64,000 nt of DNA from Octopus sinensis (taxonomy: Eukaryota): positions 77,686,001-77,750,000 of the forward strand of contig NC_042999.1 in assembly GCF_006345805.1 (NCBI RefSeq), read 5' to 3'. Below are positions 38,521 through 50,600 of the stretch, piece by piece. Each line of letters begins with the position of its first letter. Positions within the stretch are counted from its first letter, which is position 1. A program made the translations under genes and the position numbers. A model generated the notes under the pieces. That model did not search any database and had not been told where the DNA came from. It saw only the letters and a program-made list of their open reading frames with translations.

Positions 38521-39560
38521 TATATATATATATATATATACATTTATATTCTTATCTATCTATCTATCTATCTATCTCTATATACATACATATACATACA
38601 TACATACATACATACATACATACATACATACATACATACATTCCTACATACATACATGCATGTATGCATGCACGCACGCACACACATATGCATTAAAAAT
38701 AGAGATATATATAACAATTACCAATTCAAAAATTAAAATTAAAAGTTTATTAGCATAATACTATATTATATTTTATAATAATATAATAAATACTAAATAT
38801 TAAATATAAATTACATACAATTGTTTCGCTTCTTACCCATAATATAATTATAAAAATCCATTGTTTGTGGTCAAGAATCTCATCAGTGTAATTTTTTATA
38901 CATGAGGATTCACAGATATATTTAAGGTCCCAGCGGTGAAAAAAATTATAAGAAAGTAAATACATTACTGTCTCTTTGTCAAAAAACAGGTAGTCTTCCA
39001 CGTACTAAAGAGACTACCAAGAAGATAGATATAGCATCCGTATGAGTCATAGTGTTAAATAAACGAATTGCCGGATTTATTTTGATATTTCCTTTCATAG
39101 GGGTTACACCCATATGCCTTTGAATAACACTGTTTGCAAAATATCAAAAAGGAGTGTAAGTGTACTATTGTTTGCATTGGTACTGATGGTCAGAGATAAC
39201 GAGAAGGATGTTAATATACAGAAGGAAGTGAAATACATTCGCAAACAATGAGGTACATTATATATAAACTAGTATAATCGTGTCGTTAAAATTGCCGATA
39301 GAAAATGGCACGTCAAGACAGTAGGGGAAACCATTAATAAATGTTAGCAAACTAGTAAATATATGTACATATAAAGAATTGAAGCAGTTGAAGAATCAGA
39401 TACGATTGTAACGTCTTGCTTGAAAATATCACCTACATAATATATGTGTAGACACACACACACACACACACCACACACATACACACACATACACACATTC
39501 GGACACAAGCACACATGTGTGCATATACATATATATGTACATATAAATACACGCACATAT

Positions 39561-39613
<53 letters not shown>

Positions 39614-39760
39614 AAATAGAAAGATGAATTTTCTTGTTACAGATTATTCAAAAGTTTAACCGATACCTGGGTAGCAAAAATCACAGCAGAAAAAAGCACG
39701 GTTGGAGATAAGACCATTTGGTGTTGCAACCGTGCGTTGGTGCGGATAATTGAAGTTTAA

Positions 39761-40084
39761 TATTATTAGTGAATGGAAGAAATGGAGTTGAACGAAGATT
39801 GTACAGAATTCCTTTTATTACATTCTACACATGTTTCAAAGGCCACAAATTTCCAAATTCTGATTAAATAAGGGTACCATATTGTGGCTTTCTCTTCAGG
39901 AAAAAACAGGAATTCCGTTGTTTTGTTCTGTCAACGGAATTCCTGTTTTTTCCTGAAGAGAAAGCCACAATATGGTACCCTTATTTAATCAGAATTTGGA
40001 AATTTGTGGCCTTTGAAACATGTGTAGAATGTAATAAAAGGAATTCTGTACAATCTTCGTTCAACTCCATTTCTTCCATTCACT

Positions 40085-40091
<7 letters not shown>
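39761..40091. ncRNA. Perfect 160-bp inverted repeat (11-nt loop) carrying a divergent pair of type I hammerhead motifs
   Basis: Arms 39761-39920 and 39932-40091 checked base by base. Plus copy reads attcctgttttttc-CTGAAGA-gaaagccacaa..ttgtggccttt-GAAA-catgtg-TA-gaatgtaataaaaggaat (39939-40044). Confidence 0.82.
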
Positions 40092-40171
<80 letters not shown>

Positions 40172-40412
40172 TATATATATATATATAAGCATACATATAT
40201 ACATACACACATTTATACAAACATACATACATATCTACATAGAAACATATATACATATATATATACATGTGTGTGAGTGTGTGTGTGTGCGCGCGTGTGT
40301 GTGTGTGCGCGCGTGTGTGCGTGTGTGTGCGTGTGTGTGCGCGTGTTAAATAAAATGAGACAACAAACCCAAGGCTGTGTGGAATTTTCAGGACATTTTT
40401 AGAGAGAAAGTT

Positions 40413-40462
40413 AGTCTTACAGCTGTTTCTGGAATATTAGGGATATCCCTTCATCAGAGACC
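40413..40462 (-). ncRNA. Minimal type I hammerhead motif
   Basis: ggtct-CTGATGA-a-gggatat-cccta-atattcc-a-GAAA-cagctg-TA-agact. 5-bp helix I, 7-bp helix II, palindromic helix III. Confidence 0.72.
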
Positions 40463-41317
40463 ATGTGAGATCGTTAAATAGAGGGAAATAGTATAGTTCA
40501 AAATAAGGAGTTATTTTGAAAAAGGATGGAAATAAGAAGTTTAAAGGGAAATAAGAGAATAAAAGTAAAAATAAAAATATACGTAGGATGTTATAGTTGC
40601 AGTTCCATTATTCAAAGAAAGTTGTGTGTAGAAGTGGTAGAAATGCATCTTGCTCATCGTATATAAATTCCGATAGGAGTTCATATTTTCTCATTACAAA
40701 TGGAAAGTGTTGAGAAGTAGACTCTATATACTGTTCATTCAAAGGGTCTTGTGTGAATGAAACTATGAGAATTTAGTGGTAGTATAAGTAGATAGAGTGG
40801 AGAGAAAAATATGTGCATGTTAAAATGAGGAGGATAGGTGAGGAAAGAAGAAGGAAAAAGTGCAAGGGAAAAGAAAAAAAAATGAAAAGAGAGCATTAGT
40901 TGGTGGTCAAGATATTATGAGCGGGCGGGAAAGGAGTAGGGGGGATTAAGAAAAGATAAGAATATAAGGAATGAATATGAGTGGGGAGTGAGAGGTGGGG
41001 ATTATGTTTGAAAGGCACTAAGGTGGAGTGATAGGCACATAAAATGGTACAGTGGGGGTTATCAAAGTGAGTAGTAAACCTTAAAAAGGAAGGGAAGAAT
41101 AATAAGATATAATGGTCAAGTTTCTAAAAATAGACAGATGGGTTTATTGTAGTGGGTAAATGTGATAGTGGGGGATGAAGAATCAGAGAGAGAAAGAAAG
41201 AAGTGTATATTGATATACGTACGCACACACACACATACATATACGTGTGTATATTAACTATTATATAGGCTCGCATACTTATGTACTTAAACCCATACGC
41301 ATATATGCATATATATA

Positions 41318-41339
<22 letters not shown>

Positions 41340-41372
<33 letters not shown>

Positions 41373-41975
41373 ATCGTTTTCAGAAAAACATAAATCTGGA
41401 GATGACGCACACTCTAAGAAGTAGAGTAGTCTATATTTTTCCTAGTAAAGGCCGGTTTATGGGGTTAACTGGGTTTCCCGTCCATAAAAAGTTTAAGTTT
41501 ATGGCATATCCTCAGACCCCAAGATCTGTTGGCCTGTGACATCTTTAATATATGGAGGGGAGAAGTCTGAATTAGCTCCCTTTGCCAATGACTATCGATT
41601 TCCGACCGTATTGCCATCGTTCAGCTGTGAGGGCAAACAATGGCGGATTATCTCCCACTCCCCAAAAGGCCAGCAGATGCAAACATGGCCCGAAAATCTC
41701 CGTTCTGGAGTTAAGTATAGCTCCTGGCTCGAGTGAGTCCCTTAGGATTCTCGTGCATTCGGATGTGCATAGCTTGCAGCGTTTCGTCCCGTTAATGTAG
41801 GGGCTTGGGTTTTCGAGGATTTTCCATGAGATCGAGTGTGGAACTCCGTCGTCTTTTAGTTGCCAAACGTGGCTGACCAGCGATGTTGCATATCTCCTTT
41901 TCGGGACTGTGAAGGAGGATCGATGGTGGGTAAAACGTTTCTTGAATGAATTTCCGATACAACCAATAGATTATC
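41340..41975 (-). mobile_element. 3' fragment of a Penelope-like element: GIY-YIG endonuclease remnant plus pLTR with decayed hammerhead
   Basis: Stop-free frame 41970-41572 (133 codons, not in the ORF track): SIGCIGNSFKKRFTHHRSSF..LVSHVWQLKD..ISWKIL..RCKLCTSE..LNSRTEIFGPCLH. HHR-like tggggt-CTGAGGA..ccataaa..tttatgg..GAAA-cccagt-TA-acccca at 41521-41460. Confidence 0.85.
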
Positions 41976-41989
41976 GTGGACGCTCGGTG

Positions 41990-42300
41990 TCGGTTCAGTA
42001 CCTATTATTGTTGTTGTTGTTGTTGCCAATGTTGCTGCTGTTGTTGTGCTGCTGCTGTTGATGTAGTTGTAGCTGCCGATGTTGTTGTTGCTGTTGCTGC
42101 TGCTGCTGTTGACGCTGTGAACGATGTTGGTGTTGCTGCTGTTGTTGATGTTGTTGCTGTCGTTGCTGTCGCCGAAAATGTTGTTGTTGTTGTTGATGCT
42201 GCTGATGCTCATGCTGGTGATGCTGCTGATGATGTTGGACGCAACCACCACCTCCAGCGGCAGCACCACCAACAGCAGCCCCGGTACCAACACCAGCAGC
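41990..42300. repeat. Degenerate trinucleotide low-complexity tract (GTT/GCT switching to CAG/CAC)
   Basis: Direct inspection. Source of the poly-Q, poly-V and poly-C ORFs. Confidence 0.8.
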
Positions 42301-42547
42301 CCCAATCTTGGGGTTAGTAGCCACCGCTCTTAATCACTACGCCACATGGCGGAGTGGTTAACAAACAAGATGAGGACAAATATCTGTCAAATGTAAATAA
42401 TATACGTTATGTGAACGATAATAAGTTGAAAACAAGTGTTTAATATTTAATTTCATACATACAATTGTGTGTGTATGAGAGAGAGAGAGAGAGAGAGAGA
42501 AAGAAAGAAAGAAAGAGAGAGAAACGGAGAGAGAGAGAAGGAGAGAG

Positions 42548-43754
42548 TATTTCTTTATTCACCATAAGGTTGAGAAAAAGAGGGGACAAAACAAACGTTG
42601 GGGTCAGGGTATCGAATGAGACGAAACATATGAATAAACAAACAATTAAAATACATACAATTAAATGAGAATGAGTGAATAACAACAAATGAAGCGGAGG
42701 ACGTGGTTGACCCCACAAACCACATACTCACACTGAAGACTTTGCTTTCTCCTTTTTCACATTCTTGATTAAACAGGTTCTTTCACTCGCAACATACTTG
42801 CTATAGACTTCCATCTTTTACGAAACACACTTTGCGACAGGCATTTCTCCTCCAGCCTTATTTTCCGTTTCATGTGGAAAACGAAAAAGTCGATTAGCTC
42901 GAGACTGGAGATAAACATGCCTGTTGCAATTCCTTTTACTCTCGTCTTCCACACTACTTCTTTCGCCATAGCAACTACCGAGAGAAAACAGGCTCGCTCC
43001 TCCCTATTCAGGGAGGTCGGCGGAACTATCTTCATTACAGATTCGCTCGACAGTTGTACTCTTCTCGAATGCGACAGCAGGTGTTCGACATAAGCCCAGA
43101 GTTCAGTCACCTTGGGGCATTGCACAATCGCGTGCAGGACAGTTTCACTGTCCCTCTCACATCTTGCACAAACCGGCGAAGGTGCACACCCATGTCTAAA
43201 GAGCTTATCTCGAACCGGTAAAGCTCCTCTGTAACATTGCCAGGCCAGGGACTTTTGGTAATTATCCATAGGCCCCGGACCGAATGTTCTTTGGAACAGG
43301 CTGGCCAGTTGATTTTCGTCGAAGCCCAGAGTTTCTCCTAGGACGTCGTCACACTTAAACTCTACTAACCCTCTATAGAAGAACGAGGTAGTACCCCCGC
43401 CACCGGCGTTGCCCGACTGGGAGAGAAGCACGAGTGCCTGATAGCACTCTGCATGCCACATGCCCAACCTCGGTCTACACTTGATCCATGGGTTCAGTTC
43501 GTTAAACGATGTGGAAATAACAGCTTGACGAACGGAGACCACACCCGCTCACCGTCCAGGTAAATCCAGAGGTGCATAAGCCTGAGTGCATGTCTGCGCA
43601 TTTTTAGCCACGGCATCCCTAACCCACTCTTCAGCGGCTTTTGGCAGCAAATAGAGCGCCTTACAAGAGGTCTGCTGCCCCTCCACAAAAAGCGAAAGAG
43701 CATGCGTTCCAGTTTGTTCAGCCACAAATCGGGGCAAGGCACGACGGTCAGGTA
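42548..43754 (-). mobile_element. 5'-truncated Tx1/L1-clade LINE inserted in a (TC)n microsatellite
   Basis: YLTVVPCP..FRFLWRGSRPLVRRSICCQKPLKSGLGMP and zf-RVT CARCERDSETVLHAIVQC..LW. 3' UTR with AATAAA. (GA)n on both flanks (42477-42547 and 43755-43778). Confidence 0.88.
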
Positions 43755-44348
43755 GAGAGAAGGAGAGAGAGAGAGAGAAACTGATAAAGAAAATATAATT
43801 TACGATAAAAAAATGTTTATTTGAATTACAATATCACCGTCTTCGGAGCAAAGCCATTAAATGCTGTCGCCTGCCTTGGCGTCTGCCACTGTCACCAACT
43901 CCCACTCCTTGTGTTGTTTTACTCTTCTTTCCCCACAAGCATGACCGACAGGTCACACTGCGTTTCAGTATATGTAAGATATATATACTCTTCTCTGATC
44001 GTTATGAGTGTGCAAGTGTGCCCTTCAAATGCAAACGATACACTTGTCAGACATCTATAGATATATATTTCTTTTACAAAATATCGTAGAATACAAAGTA
44101 ATATCAAACCAGTTTCGTTCGACAACTTTATGACTCAAACATTATACACTCCTAGAAATAAATACTAGACCGGGCGCAAAGGCATTTGATGTAATAAGCC
44201 GGGAGATATAAGTATTTATGCAAAACACGGCGTATATTAAAAGACGTAACACTGGTACACAGATTTAAAGTAGCTAAATTGTTTTAAAACTAAAAATTAA
44301 AAAAACTATAGGTTAACTAATTTAGATACTTTATGCGCGCGCGCGTGT

Positions 44349-44427
44349 GATTCGGCTATTCCGGTAGCCTGAGGAGACAGGCTCCGTCAGGGACCTGCAA
44401 AACTTGAAGTAGCACGGAATCCGAATC
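44349..44427 (+). ncRNA. Type I hammerhead fold with extended helix I and a G12-to-A core substitution (probably inactive)
   Basis: gattcgg-ct-attccg-gta-gc-CTGAGGA-gacaggctccgtcagggacctgc-AAAA-cttgaag-TA-gc-a-cggaat-ccgaatc. Confidence 0.6.
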
Positions 44428-44472
44428 AAACTTTTTTGCTGTGTAGTGCCCTTTTCTTTTGTTTCTCTATTC

Positions 44473-44506
<34 letters not shown>

Positions 44507-44507
<1 letters not shown>

Positions 44508-46520
44508 GTGGCTGTCTACTCATTATGCAGTGTCTGACCTATACCTTTTATCTATCATGGCGTCTGATATGGCTTTTAAAACCAGACACTGTATTGAAAA
44601 GGCACCCATATATATTGCATATCTGATTTGGACTACAAGAGCTGCAGTTAAGCTCTGATCTTTGTGGATCTTGAAATGTCTTTTAAGGCCTCCGTTAGAT
44701 TTGCAGATCTTATTGCATATATAGCATTGAAAGGTGTGCACAGGCATATAAGTAGAATAGTCGGTGGAGGTCCGTTTTTCATGGGTCCGCAAATGAGATT
44801 TGAACCCAGCAAAAGAAAGGAATGGTCTGTCACAATCTGTGCACACAAAAAGGTCATTGTGATTCACCTTCTCGATCGTAACATTCTTCTTTAAATCTCT
44901 CTTGAGTCGTGAATGCGTTATCCTGGCCTCTTCAAACGCTTTCACTCTACTCCACACTTTTGTTCGTCATCCAGCTCGATCCGAAGCAAGACTTTCTATG
45001 TCCATTCCAAGTGACTTCATGGTGGTCCTTATGCCGTCCTTAAACCTCTTTTTAGGTTTACACTGATAGCGTTTCCCCTCCGCTAACTCACCACAAAACA
45101 GCTGTTTGTGTATGCGTTCACCCGCCATTCGAAAAAATATGGCCAGACCATCTTATTAGGTTTTTCAGAATCATTGCTATAATTAAAGCGCTTATGAATA
45201 GAATCGGTGTCAGTCAGAAGCAAACGTCCATTTGCTGTTCTCACTGAGGCTATTGAATTAGATTTGGGGCCATATACCTCCTTAACATAAGAGTACAAAC
45301 CCATGGCGTCATTTCTATCAGCTGCTTATTGTTCCCCTTTTGCTCTATCATTCCACCATTCCTATTTAATTTTCCTGAGAGCAGTTTGCACTTCCCCTTT
45401 CAGCTTTCTGAGTTGAGAAACAAGTGTGTTATCTAAGTTTTGTTTTTCTAAAAGCAGATCGTGAATTTCTGCTGATTTGTCAGAAAACCAGTCACTGGAC
45501 TTATGTAATTTAAATCCCACTGACGAACTTGCAGCCTGAAATACTTTTGTTTTGAAACCTTACCATAAATTGCTTGGGTTAAGATTGATACTAACTATAG
45601 CATCTTTGCAAGTTGTTTGATAATTTGAAGTTTGCAACATTTATTATTTTTTTGTACCTTAGGACCATACAATCGACTTTTAAGCATTATCGAGAAATCT
45701 ATTTTCCCACACACTAGACGGACGATGGTCAGTCCAGCTCTTTGCTCCTCTCACGGCCCAAACATTAGAAACACCTTTCATATCACGCTTTCTGACCAAA
45801 ATATAATCTATGAGATGCCAGTCCTTAGATCTTGTGGGCATCCAGGTAGTTTTATATTTATTTTTCTGCTTAAACAGAGTGTTGGTAACGACTAGATTAC
45901 TCTCAGTACAAAACGTCAAAAGAGCTACTCCATTTTTATTACATTTTTCTATCCCATGTCGGTCTAAAACAGGCCATGAAACGTACTCATTTCCAACTCT
46001 TGCGTTGAAATCTTCCAATATGACCAGCTTGTCAGAAATTGGTACTTTTCTCAATAAATCTGCTAGATTGTCATAAAACTGTCCTACAGTTTCATCAGAA
46101 TGGGACATTGCTGGTGCATAAGTACTGACAACGGTAAGAAACCTACCTTTTATCAGTTTTATGCTGCATGACATGGTTCGTTCAGATATACCACTTGGAA
46201 ATTCTGCAATGGAGGATACTAATGCATTCCTGAGAGCAAACCCAACACCAGATTCCCTACGCTGACCGTCAGAAGATAGTATATCCATAAGTAGGTTAAT
46301 TTGTTTGACCCTCACCAGAGAGACGAATTTCTGGCCTCTTGTTGAAATTATCATCAAGGAGTGTGCGCACACTCCAACAGCAAAAATTCAGATGATGTTT
46401 ATTTTTACTTCTTCTTGAAGATTGTTTGTCCACAGTGGCAGGATGACGACCGGGCCCAGCCTGTAACACACTGGGGCACCTGCTGAGCCTGGCCTGTTCC
46501 CCTGACGTTCTCAGCCTTTT
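44507..46520 (-). mobile_element. RTE-clade LINE with RT core deleted
   Basis: APE domain (CCWSVRTLLD, GVGF, TYAP, DFNARVG, WHLIDYILV, TDHR) joined near 45190 to the C-terminus (IRWSGHIFRM..GELAEGKR..KPKKRFKD) and two C2H2 fingers. (CA)n tail. Confidence 0.9.
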
Positions 46521-47177
46521 TTGTTATTTACTGAATCTGTTTGAGACATTTTAGAGTAAGTTACAAGTGCATTTTTAGGTTTCTGCCAACCAATTCAATG
46601 ATTTTACTAAGATTTAGTGTACAGGAAGTACCTGTGCAGATGAATAATTTTCAGTAGGTGTAGCTTGCACTGCACTACCCTCACCTATTGGCCCAAGAAG
46701 ACTTTTGCCGGTATGTCGTGAAAATTGACAAAACCTGGAACTTCCAAGACATCAGGATTTATTTTGGAGATTTCCTTCTCCTAGGTAGATTACCAACCAA
46801 GGTTAAAGAGCTTCTACCTGCCCACGAGGTAAGCTATCTCGTTCCAGACTCCAAACTGACACCCAAATGCTCTATAAAGTGATCAAATATCATTCCGGTG
46901 TCCGACACGGAGCAACTCATTCATACATAAAAAAAATGTAAGACGTGATTTAAAAATATAAATAAGATTTAAATATCAATAATATATATAAAAGCAAAAA
47001 TATACATATATATACATATAAGAATATATATAAAAAATAATATGTATATATTTACACATATTTGTTGATGGCCGTTGACTGCTCATGAGTTCCTTCGCCC
47101 TTTGACGGGTCTTATTTTTCATCCCGCAGGATGTCCAACAACCACCCTCCTCACCAAGCAAGCCTGATGGGGTTGCC

Positions 47178-47212
<35 letters not shown>

Positions 47213-47342
47213 TGTATGTATGTATGTATGTATGTATGTATGTATGTATGTACGTATGTATGTATGTATGTATGTATGCATGTATGTATATGTATATGTC
47301 TATATATTGAGAAAAAGGAGGCAGTCAGAATTTTGAATAATT

Positions 47343-47386
47343 TTTTATTAGCGCTTTCGTTCATTTATCGAACTCGTCAAGACAAA
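47343..47386 (-). ncRNA. Decayed minimal hammerhead motif (C3-to-U)
   Basis: tttgtc-TTGACGA-gttc-gataaat-gaac-GAAA-gcgc-TA-ataaaa. Helix I pairs only if a lost G is restored. Confidence 0.55.
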
Positions 47387-49133
47387 GTAAATGCCAAAAT
47401 GATAAAAACAGAACGTTTCCTTGTTCTTTAATGTGAATCGAATATATTTTGCTTTGTTTAGAAGGGGAGGAAAATATTTTTGTTGGGGGGGGGGCGGAAA
47501 GAGAGAAAGAAAAGCAAAGAGGGGGAAAATAGACAAGGAGAGAGAGGTTTCTTTTCAATTATACTGTTTGTTTTGGAGACAAGCGAGGAAGAAGAAAATT
47601 TTTTGGGAGCAGGACAATCAAGAAAGAGGAAGAAAAGTAAAGGGTGGGGAAAGATAGAGAGAGAAAGAGAGAGAGTGTGTGTGCATATACATATATATAT
47701 ATATAATATATATATATATACATACACATTTTAGATGAATTCAAATACGCCAGGGATATATTTATTCTGTAAAAACATATTTTCTCTGCGGTATACCACA
47801 AAAAAAAATTCTCGCTTTAGGCAAATGTGTTAAAAACACCAAACTCAATTCAGAGTGTTCCCTATCGACTGGCAGATGTATTTTGAGTTTTTTATTATTT
47901 TCAGTACGAGATAACAAGTGAGTTAACCCTAATCTAATTGGAAGGCTGAGTTCTCTAAAAAGAAATCTATAAAGGACAGCTATAGACCTCACGCGTCTGC
48001 CGCCAGGCTGGGAAAGAACATATGGATTGCGCACAAAGCGGTGCTGCAAAATAAACACACTTTAGATCAGTTTAAATATATTTGGGAGATATTTGACCAG
48101 TGGCGGCTCGTAAATAAAATTAGTTGGGGTGCTGCTTCAGAAAATTTTTAGCCGTTGTTTTAATATTGTGTAAAAGGAAATAAACATAAAAAGAAAATTT
48201 ATACATAAACTTGATCGGTTCGCGTTTTAGCCACTGCCGAATAGTGTGTTTAATGTGTTCACTGAACACCGCCGCGTATTCCGTCTTGGTTTTCAAAAAT
48301 CACCCTAAATTACAAAGTTACAAAATAGTGGTGGGGAGTCCCAATTTTCAAATCCTGGCAGCAACACTGGAAGTAAGATAGTAATCTATCTTTATCACAT
48401 TCAATAATATAAACACGTTTTTAAACAAAACACATGCAGAGTCAAAATAAAACACTAGCTTTCACCAGCACACTAGGGCCGGCACTGCGTGAACGACAGG
48501 GCTCTCTCTCCCTAGTGTGAAGCTTCCTATCTCGGACATATGAGCATGCGTACAACAGCCAAACACCGCGTCGCTGGAACTGTGAAGCGCACAGTTCTAT
48601 ACAAGGATTTTTGTATTTTTCTTTCATAAACTAGGAGATGGCTACTGACATTAAGCTTAAGGATTATATAATGTACAAGTATAAAGAAAGAATTAAAGTA
48701 AAAAGGATTCGTTATATTGAATGTTATCGATAATATAGAGTGGAAATAGGTGGTGCTGCAGTTCCGCAGTTCCTATACACAAGCTACCATTGTATTTGAC
48801 CGAAGTTTCGTTTTCTCTTCAGGTATATACATATATGCATGCGTACATGCTTACAAACATACATACATACATACATACATACATACATACATACATACAT
48901 ACATACATACATACATACATACATACAGCACTGACACACATATGTATATATATATATAAATGGAGTTTAACGCAGGTATAATTCAAATACTTTTACTTCC
49001 GAAACGTGAGATTTTTTGCTACCCAGGTAACTATTTATCTATTTTTCCCTTGTTAATTGTTAACAAGGGAAAATACACTCATATATATATATACATACAT
49101 ACATACATACATACATACATACATACATACATC

Positions 49134-49244
<111 letters not shown>

Positions 49245-49416
49245 GATGCTTTGTTGCCAACAGTGTTTCTTCGGGCTAAATAGCAGTATCATTCTTCCCT
49301 TTCCTGGGACTGTCACATTAAGTTGGCAACAAACCATCACTTTATCGTGCTGCTACTGTATAAGTCGCTCTGAGAGATTTAGGAATGTAATATTTCTAAT
49401 ATATATATATATATAT

Positions 49417-49458
<42 letters not shown>

Positions 49459-49468
49459 GCATATATGT

Positions 49469-49815
49469 GATCGTTATAGTAAAATATAATTTGCAGAACT
49501 ATACTCGAGACGTCCGCATGAGATTGAACATGCATATAGTTTTATCAATTACATTTGGGGTTATATTTCAAAAGGCTTCGATTTGGCGCGCCAAAATACC
49601 GGAAATAATTCTGCAGAAAATAATTCTCTGCAGTGAGAATTGAATATTATTTTGCCGAGAATTATTTTCTGCAGAATTATTTCCGGTATTTTGGCGCGCC
49701 AAAACGAAGACTTTTGAACTATAGCCCCAATTGTAATTGGTAGAACTATATGCATTTCAATCTCATGCGGACGTTCCGTGTATAGTTCAGCAAATTATAT
49801 TTTGCTATGACGATC
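49469..49815. mobile_element. Foldback/MITE element, ~160-bp imperfect arms around a 28-bp spacer
   Basis: gatcgttatagtaaaatataatttgcagaactata..ggcgcgccaaaataccggaaataattctgcagaaaataattctc is mirrored at 49657-49815. Confidence 0.8.
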
Positions 49816-50600
49816 CAACTGATGTAATGCGGGACATTTATGTAAGTATTACGTAAATGGTAACAATGAAACCGGGTTTGTGATTAATCTTTATATTTTG
49901 TATCTTGTCATTTGTCTTGCTCGCTTACGTTCTGACGTTTGCTGAATTTTCTTGAGAACAATCTTTTCATAGTGGTCAGACCATATGGGGTCTACCTCTA
50001 GCATAATAGATGTCCACTAGTGGTCTTCCCTCTTATATGTATGTAATATGATTTTTCTGAATCTTCAGATTTTTCAATATGCTAGGCCACTGGTTTTAAA
50101 TTGATATTAATCAAATTAATATTCAATTTTTCACCCTTATTATTTAAATATATATATATATATAAGGAAAGAGGGAGGAGAGAAGGGGAAGAGACAAAGG
50201 GAGGGAAAGAAAGCAAGTGTTAGCGGAGGAGAGCCAGTGACGTGAACCTGTACACGAACGTGCGACCTAAATCTCTTTCAGATAGCACACAACCGTTTTA
50301 ATAAAGAAAGAACACTTTGGCTAGTTTAACCCTAGATATACAAATAAGAAATGAAAGGATATGATCACAGTGGGAACATCTTCAAGCGTACAGTTGATCA
50401 AATCTGATTGAAACTAAACAACAACAGTTTGTATATAGAAACATGTATGTTTGAAAAACATTAAAACATGGTCTCCCTTATGTGAACATATGCCATCATA
50501 CAGACATAGAGGCAGAGAAAGAGAAGTTGGGGATATACGTACGCATACGAATGTATACAAACACATATATACAGACGTACACACATATACATATATTACT

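Noticed and set aside
39643-39720. Possible extra mucin exon after ttcttgttacag
   Set aside because: The phase-1 frame hits a stop after 5 codons, and no compatible donor was found.
48788-48829. Minus-strand CTGAAGA-gaaaac-GAAA-cttcgg-TC hammerhead look-alike
   Set aside because: Helix II is 1 bp and helix I does not pair. Likely chance.
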